From: Chara braunii
Lineage: Eukaryota > Plantae > Charophyceae
Length of the DNA: 51,371 bases
Direction of reading: 5' to 3'
Assembly (NCBI GenBank): GCA_003427395.1
Contig: BFEA01000029.1
Span: 712,863-764,233, forward strand
The notes under the pieces are model-generated. The model had not been told where the DNA came from, made no database searches, and was given only the letters and a program-made list of their open reading frames with translations. The position numbers and the translations under genes were made by a program. The first letter of the stretch is position 1. The number at the start of each line of letters is the position of its first letter. Positions 37,272 to 49,294 of this stretch are shown here, piece by piece.

Positions 37272-40200
37272 GACCTAAGTGAAAAAACTTAGCTCAGAAA
37301 TTGCAGGAATATAACTAACACCTATGGCTCTAGCGTGTGGTGAGCATCTAAAATCACTACCTATCAAACTCAAACTCAGACTAAGTAGTAATCTCACTGA
37401 ATCACATGCAAGGCCAAACCACAAAGATAAGTACTCTCACTAGTCCAAAGTTAATCGTGTCAAACAATAGTTCATAGTGTTTTAATCATTTATCCCTTAT
37501 ACCCAACTTACATAAGGCGTAAAGTTAGACCATTCTATTTTATGGAAACCTATCTAGCTCAGCCATTGAATATACATGAACATAGGGCACTACAACTTTT
37601 CTCTTCCTTGGGCAAATAACTAGGTTGTCCAACCTAGTCGCCCTGAACTGTTTAAATATCCACGTTATATAGAATTATTTGCACTTAGTCTTTTATGGTA
37701 GCATATGACTGCACCGATCATCTTAGATCAAGGTTCATTTTGTCCATTCTTACCACAGGTTTATTCTTCATTCATACTCTCTTCAATTTGTGATAAGCTA
37801 ATCACGCAATCTTATGAAAAAATGTCTGACTAGTCTATTTATAAATAAAAATAGTATAAAAATATAAACAAGTTTATCTTTTTGATTGTAACATGTTTGT
37901 GGCTCCAGTTCAGACTCTCGAGATACAGAAGGGGGATAACTCGACTCTCAAGAGAGAGAGGGCTTTGTAATCTTCGATCGCCTGAGGGTCCCGCAATTGT
38001 GGTCAAAACTCGTAGTAACTTAGTCAACTTCAGTCAAACCGTCACTTATTGACCTTCCGACGACTCTCCAAATTGTAGCAATACCCCCCCCCACTTTCAA
38101 GGAACTCAGCCACCTCGCAAAACTCGTGACCCGAAATATACTGGCAACAACTCAGGGTACCGCTATGAACTCAAAAGCACAGTCTCCTTCCGTGTTGTAA
38201 TGAAAACAGCAACGTGGTCCAACCGACTAGGCAGTAGACAGAGTGCACGCAATTGGTCGTGCAGTCCTCACCACGTTCCGATAACTACCCAGTCTGCGGT
38301 CGGGCTCACGTTGTTTCGGCTAGCAGAATGAGTCATGCATTAGTAAATAGATAAACTTTCACCCCTGTGCCTCGCCCCTAGCTCCAGTTCTCCAACAGGA
38401 TTAGTGGCGTATGAGTAGCAGGTGAGCTATGACATTGCGGCCCTCCTGCAGCTGCCTCACTCGACAGCACATCGATCAACAGTCAAACCTACACCCCATA
38501 GTTGGTCTGCTGCTGCTTTATAAGCCACGGACAACGCTGCTGGTCAATAGGCGAGATTGCAACTTCGCAGCACACCCCCGATTACTCTGTATACCAGGAT
38601 GGGCAGCGCGCTGGCCAGTATGCCGTCTCACTACTTTGTTCTGATGGGTTGTGCCCCGTCTTACCGGTAGGTAGGCACGCAAACTTGTGGCTCGCCTCCC
38701 ACTCCGTGATGCAGTCGACCGATCTTCTAGTCACAGTCTCGGTCACAGAAGTCCCGACAACTCTTAGTTGCACAAGCGAAGTAGTTGCGATGAAACAACC
38801 GAGCAGTTGTGGTTTGAGTGGATGTTGGGACTGAATGTGGGAGGTCAGTAGGCACAACACACCATCATGCAGATAAGCCTTCAGTCGCACAGCTGGCTTC
38901 CCGCTACTTCCTTGATAGGATGCACAGACCCAGATGAATCTTCCGATGGTACGTGGCCGCATGCAATACGTGGCAAGCGCTCCAAATCCGTCGTCACTTT
39001 ACTTTCATCATCAAGATGGGCATCGTAATGACCCTCAGGTAAGTCGCAGTCATCTTTGTGGCTGGCCTCCTATTTCTTCCATCGATTGTACGAGCAACGA
39101 GCCCACGAGCAGGTAAGTTACCAACTACGCGACTGCCTCACGTGAGTTCCCTCGCAAGAAAGATAAATGTTCCGCTTGAATATGACCCGGTGCATAGGCG
39201 CAGATAGGTAGAGGGGCAACACTTCCATCCGTAGGAGCAACGCACCGACCAGGTAACCCTCCAACATCGTGGCTGTCTCATGCTTCTTTCATCAATAGGA
39301 TGGACAAAAATGAATGAATCTTCCGCTAGAACGGTGACAAATTCACGACCAAGATTCCTCTTTTCCTCCGCTCTTTTTCCACATACGACGCAGCCCCTAA
39401 CAACTACTCCGACAAATGTACTAATTTACTAACTAGATCAACCCCGCTATACTGTTCGCATCACCAAGAAAAATCCTTCCTCGCAGCTTTCCTCGCTTGA
39501 TCCCTATCTACTTCGAGTGAGGTAAGCGATTCCTGCCCCCGCCATACCCACCGTTCTCGACATCCCTGCGCAGTTTTTCGTCCTACTAACTCGAAACCTA
39601 CTAATCTCGCATAGAAACTAGCACTACGGTCGTGTTCGCTTTAGCCCTGAACCTCGGATTCGGCTCATAATTTGCCGAAATCCGTTTAGAAATCGAGGCG
39701 CTATACATTTTATGGCCCCGTCATCTCTCGTCTTCCCATTGCTATCCTCATCATCATTTCAAATTTACGTGGCCTGAAACAGATCCAAATTCATTCCATT
39801 TTTGTTATTACCCCCGCTGCTCCTCCTTCCGAGTCCTATTGCGTTCCCCCTTACTATCTCTTCCTTCTCTAACCCTCCTCTTAACTAGCATACTTCCATA
39901 CTTTCACAACTCCTCGTAATTTGTACACTCCCATAGCGACTTCTCTTGCCGCTAACAATCATCGCCAAACTACCTGATTAGCTCGGTCGACTGCCAAAAC
40001 TTTCGAGAGTTCGGAAGGAAGCGGCTACTAGGTGATTCGATAAGTTTTTCGCCCATTATACCAGTCCGACAACCGGTGAGCCTACTACCGTCGTAGCTTG
40101 TCTCTATACTTCAGTCTCACTCTGCCTAAGCAAACTACGCTTGAATCCGGTCCCTCTCGGTGGCCCGGTCCAAACAAAGAGTAACATGTTGTGGGCGAAT

Positions 40201-41550
40201 CACCTTCGCGCATGAGTCATGCAAGCCTTCCTTGTATCTTTCCAATTTTATCGGATGTCCCAAAGGACTTAGTGAGGCAAACCCACTTAGCACTACCAAG
40301 TGGCTTAAGCGGCCCTCATCGGGCCCGCCTGGGTCGAGGGTGCGGATTTGCTGCAAGTTTGTTGCATGGGCAGCTGCGGAACAGCCTAAGCCGCCCCGCT
40401 AGTACTACAGCGGCTCCCCACCGGCGCCCCTTATGACCATTGCTTAGACATAACTCACTACCCTGCAGGGTCTAAAGCGCTCACAACAAACGGTAAGTTG
40501 AAGGGTGGCGCTCCCACAACGACCCTTCTATCCAGGTTTCCTTTGCCTTATGAGGTTAAATCATTTATTGGCTCACATACCGGCCAACCACCACCGATCT
40601 GCGGTTTCAAGACGGTCCTGGTCGAGGAATCTCGTGTGCATCCTGAATACACAGGGACCTCCCGGTCAAACATATGAGGTACGCGCTCAATATCCTCGAC
40701 CATCGTGACATCTTTAAATTCGGCACCACAGCGGAGTCAAGGAGCGTCGGAGCATAGTAATAATACTACAATAAACAATAAATAAAAATCATTTTATAAA
40801 CTTTCAACCGCCTGAATACGATGGACGAGGAAAAGGAACTGCTAGTACCGTTCCGACGCTTCTGTGGACAAAACCAAGGGGGATAGCCACGCCGAATCCT
40901 CAACCCCTCGATCCCTTCTCGCTACTCTAATATTCCCTCGTCGTCGCCGCTCGATCTTGATCCCTGAATCTTCCTCTTGAAAGTCTGATGTGGTAACCAA
41001 TAGTGCTAAGGCCAAGTCTAAGCTTATCATCAGTGGTAAACTATGTAAGCGGGTACCTACCACACGTGTGGGTCAGCCAAAGGCTTCCCGGCCACTTCGC
41101 CGGTCCGCCGGCTAACCTCACAACCATCACCCCTCGCCCTTACTACGCGGAGGCATGTCCCTTGCACGTGCGCACAAGTGACAAGCAAGCGCACCAATCA
41201 AGGGAAAAATCTTTTTAATCCAAGTTTAATCAGAAGAATAAAAACCCGACCAACAACTATGTCGACCTTACAATCATCAACCAAAGAAGAGATCACCCAC
41301 GCCTTAAGTCTGCGAGCTCACACACTCTCTACTCTAGTCAAGTATCTAGCCGACGTAACCCACAAACACAGCCCCACCTCTCGCAGTATACTTAAACTTT
41401 AAAACAAACTTATTTTCTTCCACTTGCAAAAAACAGGGCGGATACCCTTGTAAGTGTATTCGCACTGACAGCGGGGACCAAGGGCAGCCACAAACCCCGA
41501 ACATTTTTTTATTTATGGAATAATAGGTGAAATATATATATATATATATA

Positions 41551-41639
41551 CAGGGTAACCGGCGATAGGGACGGGCCGAACGCCCGAACGTATGGGACCC
41601 CTTGGGGATGCGTTCGGCCGTTCAGGCCGAATGCGGACC

Positions 41640-41673
<34 letters not shown>

Positions 41674-42269
41674 CATCACAAAAATCTGAAAAAAAGTATG
41701 TTAATGGAAAAAAATAAATTAAACAAGATTTGCCTGAGCATTACATCCGAATTCCTTACCAAATTTGAAATAACAATAAAATATGGAAAAAAAATACTAA
41801 TAATAAAAACAAATAAAAATAAAAAGAGAATTAAATTAAGTGAGTGCGCGAGCATGTTTTCGACACCGCCATCTTTAGCGATTTTTGATTTTTTTTTTTG
41901 GCATAGCTAATTGCCCTGAAAATTTACAGATGTGTACTTCACATAATGCAAAACAAAAGTCAAAAAAGTTAAAAAAATAATAAAATTGTTTAGACCTCGA
42001 ACTAAAGTAAAAACAAAAAGTAAAAAGTCAAAAAATACGTGGGCGAGCACGCTTTGACACCGCCATCTTTGGCGATTTTTAATTCTTATTCGGCTGAGCC
42101 AAATGACTTGAAAATTTATAGGCATGTACCTCATGTCATAGAGAACTCACAAAAAACATTCCGAAAAAACTAATTATTTTAAGCCCCGAAATAATTTTTG
42201 GCGGGGGCCGAACGCCGTCGGGTTCGAACCCCGTACGGAACCATGAACGCCCGTACGTACTGAGGTCTG

Positions 42270-42273
<4 letters not shown>
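41551..42273. mobile_element. Possible non-autonomous DNA transposon between (TA)n and (TC)n tracts
   Basis: Weak termini CAGGGTAACC...GGTCTGCCTG, GC-rich subterminal (C)GAACG motifs, an AT-rich core, and an internal duplication at ~41848/42043. No TSD. Confidence 0.35.
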
Positions 42274-42354
<81 letters not shown>

Positions 42355-42355
42355 T
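42274..42355. repeat. (TC)n(AC)n microsatellite
   Basis: Visible directly in the sequence. Confidence 0.95.
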
Positions 42356-43311
42356 ACCCCCCACACACATGATAATGTATGTATCCTCATTCAAGCGGTA
42401 GATTCGTTCGATCAAGCTCATCCTATCGATGAGAGTAGCGGAAGGCAAACGCGAGTTGAAGACTTACCTGCTCTATCTCTACTCGTCGTCGACGTCACCG
42501 TCTCTGTCGTTGACAGCTGATGGTTTTCCGTTCCGCATCAATGTGCAGCATTCCGTGACCATCGCACGGATCTCGGCCGGTACAAGCCCGTGTTCCAACA
42601 TGTCGGCCGCGTGATGGGCAAGTCGCCTTTCCCCTTTTTTTCCTTTCTCCTCCTTTCTTCTAGTTTTTTTTTTTTTTTTTTTTTTTTCTTCTTCTTCTTC
42701 TCCTTCTTCTCGTGCCTACTACTTCTGCGCGCGTGCTGCTTCTTTCTGGCTGCGCCTCTCTTCCCTCTGTTCGCGCTACCTCCCCGTTGTCATCTCCGTC
42801 GGCCAAGGGTGCACTACCCCGCTGCTTCCGCTGCGTGGCCATCTTCTCCTCTCCAGCGTGCGCAACCTTCGTTTTCTTCGACCCTTCGCTCAAGCACTTC
42901 CACACACTTTACTCCTCTCCTTCTTCCCCTTCTCTCTATCTCCTTCTTCTCTCCACCCTCTTTCTCCCCTTCTTCTTCTTCTTCGCGTGACCACCTTCTC
43001 CCTCTCCGCGTCTTCCGCCCCTTCTCCTTCACGCGACTTCCCTCCTTCCCTCACACTTGTCTTCTCCGTAGTTGTTCACCTCGTTAGTCGCCTTCCTCGT
43101 TCGCATCCCCGAGCCCCTCGTCCATGCGCAGTCTCCTCCCGCTATTGCGCGCGAGTTATCGCTCTCCACCTTTCCTTCTCGCACGGTCTCCTAGCTGGTC
43201 TAACAGACCAGGGCGGGCCTTATTTGACTAAGGTAGTCGCAACCACTGCCGAATGAATCTGCCCTTGCATTAGCGGCAAATTCATTGAAAACTTTTATAC
43301 CCACAGGTCAC

Positions 43312-43347
<36 letters not shown>

Positions 43348-44691
43348 AAGAAATCAAATAAAATAGAAAAAAAACAAATAAGAAAAATGCAAATAGGATC
43401 TATCTGCTAACTGCCCCGTTCTGCCAACTGTCACAATGGGCTCTTACTACAACTTCTCCCGATCTCGAGGTCGCGGGCTCGAGTCCCGCAACCAAACTCG
43501 GGGTCGGAAACAAGATGCCCATGGGCTATAACTGAGCTCCTACCAAAAGGAGCTAGTCCCCAGGCAGGCGGACTCAATCCTCGAGTCTGTTGCTTGTCAA
43601 TTGATACGGAAACCTACTGGGCTAGCTCCTGCTTTGAGTAAAACAGGAGAAGTCCAGATATAAGTAGAAGAATGGGGACTCCGCCCACCTAGTGGCCCAA
43701 GCCCATCTCTAAGTCTGAGTGTGTGTACGCTTGCTGATCCGCATGCCTGTCAGAGTGCCTTTCGGCCTGAGTGTGGGTGTGACCCGCAAAGGACACTTGT
43801 CCATTTGAGAGGCCCCATAGGGCCGGTACTTACCTGTGGTCGTGACATTGAGGGTTGCAGTGGGGGAAACACTCAGGTGGCGGGAAAGAGAAGCCCGCAG
43901 CACTTAGTAGCGGAAAACACTTAAGTAGCAGGTCGGCCGGTACAACACCTAATAGAGGTAGATGTACCGAGTACTCTAAGCTGAGCCGAGGAAGACAAAC
44001 ATTGACATTTTTAGATGCCCAGTACCAGTAGGTAGACAGGTTACCAGGCCAAGTCTCAGTGTGTGTCGTAGATCTACCCGACACAGTATTAACCCAATCA
44101 ATCGACCTTTTCGGTCCAAGGGTATTACTACTAATTTTAACCATCAGAGCGCATGTCATAAGAACGCGCGAGCATATTCTCAAAATTTTCTCACTGATTC
44201 GCCCCGGCCTCAATGGCCGAAGAAATCGTTCCAAGTGTCACTCCAAAGCGCGTACACCTTTCTCATTCAGACTGGCTCCGTCTGTGTCGAATGCAAAAGC
44301 ATGGCCAAATACCTTTGTAAGGGCATTTGGTCCAACACCGGCCCCCAACCTTTTTGGGGATTTTTGGGATTATGCAGACTTGGTTCTTCGGTGTAAGTGT
44401 GCCCTCTGTTGGTACACCCGTGAACTGTTCAGATTCAGACCTAAGTTCGAATCCAGACAGAACAAGATGACCAGACCAAAATCGTTCTGAATTACCTGGA
44501 GCCGGTCAGTCCAATGATGATATCCAGGCAGCTCACCTGGCTCTCCCTTTCTCAAGGGCTGCAGGTAGGGCACCTAAGGGGCTCGCCCTGCCTTTGTCAA
44601 GGGGCACTTTCAAATGCAGCGAATGAGACCCTGAATCTGGCAGCATGCATAGGGCCCCATGGGCAGAAACCGCACTAGCGGGACGACAGCA

Positions 44692-45990
44692 TGGGGCAAG
44701 GTCCCACTTGTGCAAATTAGCAAATTTCGGCCGTTGATCTTTGCTATCTACGGTCAGTATCTCTTAATTCGTGCAAGTGGGACATAGTCCCTAGGGAGAC
44801 GGGAGGCGGAACTGTTCCTCTGCAGAAGCCAAGGTCCCACTTGCCTGTATTCTTGAAATTGAATAGTTCCGACTACGAAAATCAATGCCCTGAGACACAA
44901 AAGCGTTGTGTTAAGACTATCTAGAGGAGAGAAGAATGTAGAAATAAAAAAAAATAAAAAAAATCGTTGTGTTTAGAGAAACAAAAAAAAAGAAGAAAAA
45001 AAAAGAACAGTTGTGGGCCGAGATTCCGACATCGGGGATCAAGAGTTCCTGACCGTAGATGACGAAAATCGAAAGTCGATATCTCTCAATTCGTGATTCT
45101 GGAATCTTGCACGCCGCGACACGTGGAACCTTGCCCGAAGAAAATGAAAGGGGGACAGTCAAAAACAAACAACACCCCACAGTGGGTACCCTTTTCACCC
45201 GAATAGAACGCCCCATAATTATTGCCGTATCTGGACTGAAAGTTGAACCAAATACAGATATAATAACCGGGCGTTCTATTCGGGTGAAGACGGTAGTCAA
45301 TGGCCTATCAGGCTTATGAAAAACAGAGGGGAAGAACAGTAGGCACTATCAAGCTTTCACATGATGATGGGAATGTTTCATGCGTCCTGTCATTGAAACC
45401 CACTACATCGAAAGTCGAACACAGAGCACCGTCCGGACCCCGACAACACGGCACTGTTCGGCTGTGCCATCGATCCCGTCAGACTGCGGTTTCCGAACAG
45501 ACGCTGGAAATCTTTTTTTCTTTTTTTTTTGCTTTTTTTTTACAACGCTGGAAATCGCAGTCTACGCGGCCTGTAGCGTCAGAAAGCAGATTTTGACGAC
45601 AAATGAGGTTCGAGCAACAGATCTAGAATACTTCTCTCAATTTATTATTATTATTATTATTATTATTTTATTTTTTTTATTTTTTTTTTTTAATAACTTT
45701 TCTCAATTTCACCTCACCTATCGACGATACAGACGGGAAAATCATACATCATAACGATGATCCACTGAACAGGCACACTGGTGGTCGCTCCACTACTCGT
45801 CAAATGTGCAAATCGAGAATGGATCTTTCGCTAGAACATGGAAAGATTCGCCGCCATGTTCCTTGTCGTTCTTACCTGTGGTGACTACCGGGGGCTAGGT
45901 CCCACTTGCACGAATTAAGAGATACTGACCGTAGATAGCGAAGATCAACGGCCGAAAACTCCTAATTTGCGCAAGTGGGCCCTTGCCCCG
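44692..45990. mobile_element. Non-autonomous DNA transposon with ~100-bp TIRs
   Basis: 44692-44791 (GGGGCAAGGTCCCACTTG...CGGTCAGTATCTCTTAATTCGTGCAAGTGGGAC) is the near-exact reverse complement of 45891-45990. No TSD identified. Confidence 0.85.
45189..45293. mobile_element. 105-bp Tc1/pogo-like mini-MITE nested in the long-TIR element
   Basis: TA|CCCTTTTCACCCGAATAGAACGCCC...GGGCGTTCTATTCGGGTGAAGACGG|TA: ~25-bp TIRs flanked by TA. Confidence 0.75.
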
Positions 45991-47063
45991 GTAGAGAAGC
46001 GAGGCCAACGTACATACAAGCCGTCCAAAAGTCCGTCAGCGTCCGAAAGCCCGAAGAAGCCTCTAAAGGTTGCCGAAGTAACAGGACACCCTTTCAGGCC
46101 ATGAAAAGCCGCATACGGAAAAGAAAAGAATCTGGCGCGACCTCGAAAAATGGTCGCTGCTCTGAATAGGAAAAAAAATACTGTGGTGTTCGTTGAGCCG
46201 AGAGAAGGTTAGCATCTCCCTCGATAAGGACGGGAATAGTCTACGGACTATATGAACACATGCGGTTTCGGCTAGCCCCCTCGGGCGGATCCAACCCAAC
46301 CCCCCCCAAAAAAAAAAAAAAAAAAAACTGTGAGCAGAAATGGAGGTAGAAAAGGTACGCGCAACATCCCACTGACGTCTCGACGCTCCCTCAATTCATA
46401 GAAGTAGACTCTCGCACGACCAGTCAGGAAGGGAGGGGGAGAGGGTGGTGTGACCAGAAAGGGAAAAGGAGAGGTTGGAAAGGAGAGCGGCGTAGAGGAG
46501 AGAAAGAGGGAGGCGGAGAAGGAGAGCGAAGATGTGCGGAGGAGGAGGGACATGCGCAGACGCAGCGCAGACGAGAGACAGAAGATGGTGAAAGGAACGG
46601 GAAGACAGAACTTGAAGAAATAACCTGCATGACATTGCTTTTTTTTAAAAGCACCATGTGCATGTGACACTGCGTTGGCTTTTTTTCAAAAGCACCATGT
46701 GCATGTGACACTGCGTACGTCCAAACATTGATACGAATCTGAAAACATGGCGTTGTGAAGGCGAGGGAGGAAACCCTTCGTTTCTGCACACAGCTCTGCA
46801 AGCGTCCGCCCTCTCAGGGAAAATAATCGCCGCCATGCACGGAACTACGCAGCAGAATTCGCCTAACGGGTTTCTTTCGCCCCACTCGTTCACTTGTGGT
46901 GGTCAAAATTGTGTGCGACTTCTCTGTCACTCTTCTCAGATACTCACCTGCACTTTCTTTGTCAGGCAGCGGAACTAAGCTATAAGCTCTCTCACTCATG
47001 CTCACTCACTCTCACTGAACGATGCTAAATCCAATAACCTACCTGCCAAACACCGAAACTCAG

Positions 47064-47104
47064 CTCTCTCTCTCTCTCTCACACACACACACGCACACAC
47101 ACAC

Positions 47105-47156
<52 letters not shown>
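47064..47156. repeat. (CT)n(CA)n microsatellite
   Basis: Visible directly in the sequence. Confidence 0.95.
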
Positions 47157-47159
<3 letters not shown>

Positions 47160-49033
47160 CGGAAAGCAAATCTAACGAGCGTAAAACTTTCTGTCGGTGG
47201 TCAATTCCCCCCTGAGCTCTCATTTTGCACAGAAACGAGACTTCGGCGACGAAAGCACTAAACCCTAAGATTCTAGAACCGAAAATGTCGGCGAAGAGTT
47301 CCGGTCGCTATCACGAGGAAGAGGTTTGTCCTCCAGCACAGAAACTTCTACAATTTTACTCTTCCTCCACCACACCTGGCCGTTTTGGCACCTTCCGCTT
47401 CCACTTTTCCACTCTTCTACATTTCAGGGACTGTCCGAATACTGAAACGACGCTCTCAGACGTATACCCTTTTTTCTCAATCATGGGTGCGTGTCAGACC
47501 TAATTGCGCAGGGCCCATGCAAATCTTCCCTGTATGCGTCACCACAAACGTACGTCTTAGGTATTCTCTCTCAGGGGGCAAAGCCATACGCATACGTGCT
47601 ACTATGCGTGTTCACTGTACACACTACACAGTTTTCCTTCCTCCGCCTCCCTCGGACCCCACCGCCCCTTCCCCCCCCTCCCGTTGGCCGTCTCGGTAAT
47701 CCACGGCCTTGCCTCAAGGAAACGCATTGCGGCCACTCAAACACGGACTACATACGATATTCAATCACCCTCCTCTCCTACGCAAGCGATACCGAGTGAG
47801 ATCATTTTCCGCCCCAGCAGCGAAGCCCTCGTGCCGTTATGTTTTCTCAGCAGCAAGGCACAGCTTGGTCTGAAGCATACCTTCCTTTTTGTTTTTTTCT
47901 CTCATAACAAACTGAGTCTCTCGAATTTCTTCATCGTTACGAAGTTACCAACTGCAATCTTGCCCGATCCACACCAGGGACGCTCGCTTCCTTGATGCCT
48001 CCGCCGTCGGGCGCTTACCCTTGACTGTCTTTAGCCACAGAAAAGCTTTGCTGGCAGCACTTCCACTGTCTTACCCGCCAAAACAATTGTTTGGGCTACC
48101 GGTAGTTCCTCTGCCTTTACCCGCCAAAAAGATGGCTCGCAGTAGTAGCAGCAAGTTCATCGTGAAGTTTCTTCTCGCAGCTCGCTATTCTCCGATCGAG
48201 TCCACACGAATCCGATCGAGAGTTGCACTTCTTCTGGGGCTTCGATTACAGAAGCGCCCCAAACTCATCTTTAATTGCCACAAATTTGTGTTAATCACCA
48301 TAAACTTGAGTATCCCTAAGCCGAAGAAGCGCACACTCTGCTAGCCGCCGCCGCCGCATCCGTTCTCAAAGTTAACGGCTCTCGAATCCAGACGAATCGA
48401 GAAATGCGAATCACCTACACTGTGTACTGCCTGGGAACTTTTTGCAAATTTGGCCAATGGAAAGTTGTTCCGGAGAAATGCAGAAACGCACAATCGCGGC
48501 GAAAAAAGAAATTGGGAATTGGAGCAAGAGGAGAGAAGAGGAAAGAATGGGGGGAAGAGAGAGGGAAGAGAGGACGCGGCAAATTCGAAATTATTGCCGC
48601 CGCGTCTTGAACGGCCCCCAAAACACACCGTATCTGTTGCATAAGGCTATCCTCGACAGGACCATTTCTCCGGACCTCTCCTCGCCATCAATCTCTTTTC
48701 TGCTCCCGGTTGTAATCGTCGCTTCCCCCCTACGTGATACTCTGCGGCAGAAGTGGTGGTGCTATTCCCCCAATGCATCCATTGGAAGAGCCTAAAGCGG
48801 GAGATAGTCGAAGAGACTCTCCTCTGTTGCCATCTCCATTAACTACAAACCGCCCTAACGTCACAAGCTCTCCTATGTACGTGATCCGTCGGCATCGCCA
48901 CAGATTCGTAAGAGCCGATGATTGAATCCCTCCTCCCCCTTCTCTCTCTCTCTCTCTCTCTCTGTGAATGCGCGTGTACCCCCATCCATCCTATTCATAA
49001 CTGGGTTTGCATTTCCAGCTCAAATTTTTTATA

Positions 49034-49294
49034 TCACTTGGCGGGAAATTCGACAACATCCACAAGTCTCCTGGACTGATCGATCCAGTGCCTAACCAGG
49101 TCGAGCGTGGGTTGCCTTCTTGTGACACGCCTCTCCTCATTCAGGGCCTTCATTTTCTGCAGCAACTCGTTCCCCTCTCTGTATCGCAGCTCACGCACAG
49201 TGCTCACGCCTGTCTGTTTCAGGAGCTCCGAGAAGTGTGGGCCAAGCCCCTTGATCCTGAACAGATCAGCGGTTTTCACCCAATCGAGCAGCAC
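49034..49294 (-). CDS. Terminal exon of a DUF4332-like (helix-hairpin-helix) protein gene
   Basis: VLLDWVKTADLFRIKGLGPHFSELLKQTGVSTVRELRYREGNELLQKMKALNEERRVTRRQPTLDLVRHWIDQSRRL matches my recollection of the bacterial DUF4332 C-terminal half (ADL.RI.G.G...LL...GV.TV.EL...N......R..P....V..WI.QA). The frame is intact. A TTGCAG acceptor at 49295-49300 is in phase 0, and a CTGAC branch-like motif lies at ~49354-49358. Confidence 0.8.
   Translation of the reverse strand: MLLDWVKTADLFRIKGLGPHFSELLKQTGVSTVRELRYREGNELLQKMKALNEERRVTRRQPTLDLVRHWIDQSRRLVDVVEFPAK

Larger units (their letters stand above)
34127..41470 (-). mobile_element. 5' LTR with both termini, ~7.3 kb including two MITE insertions
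   Basis: On the - strand it starts TGTCAGTGCG (41470) and ends GCGCTCGACA (34127), giving TGTC...GACA termini. Its segments match 1-4525 and 11496-16304 in order. Confidence 0.78.

Noticed and set aside
37887-41470. Independent solo LTR starting TGTAAC
   Set aside because: There is no TSD, and the region is colinear with the rest of the giant LTR as seen in 1-4525.
42136-43256. ORFs rich in ER, F, S or K runs (also 46272-47261)
   Set aside because: They are translations of microsatellites and pyrimidine-rich low-complexity DNA.
43676-43712. Twister-like CTCCGCC...GGCCCAAGCCC
   Set aside because: The required downstream GGAG/GG pairing partner and the UAA cleavage context are missing.
46641-46716. 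Short direct duplications (also 27 bp at ~16146-16202)
   Set aside because: Ordinary local slippage with no further structure.
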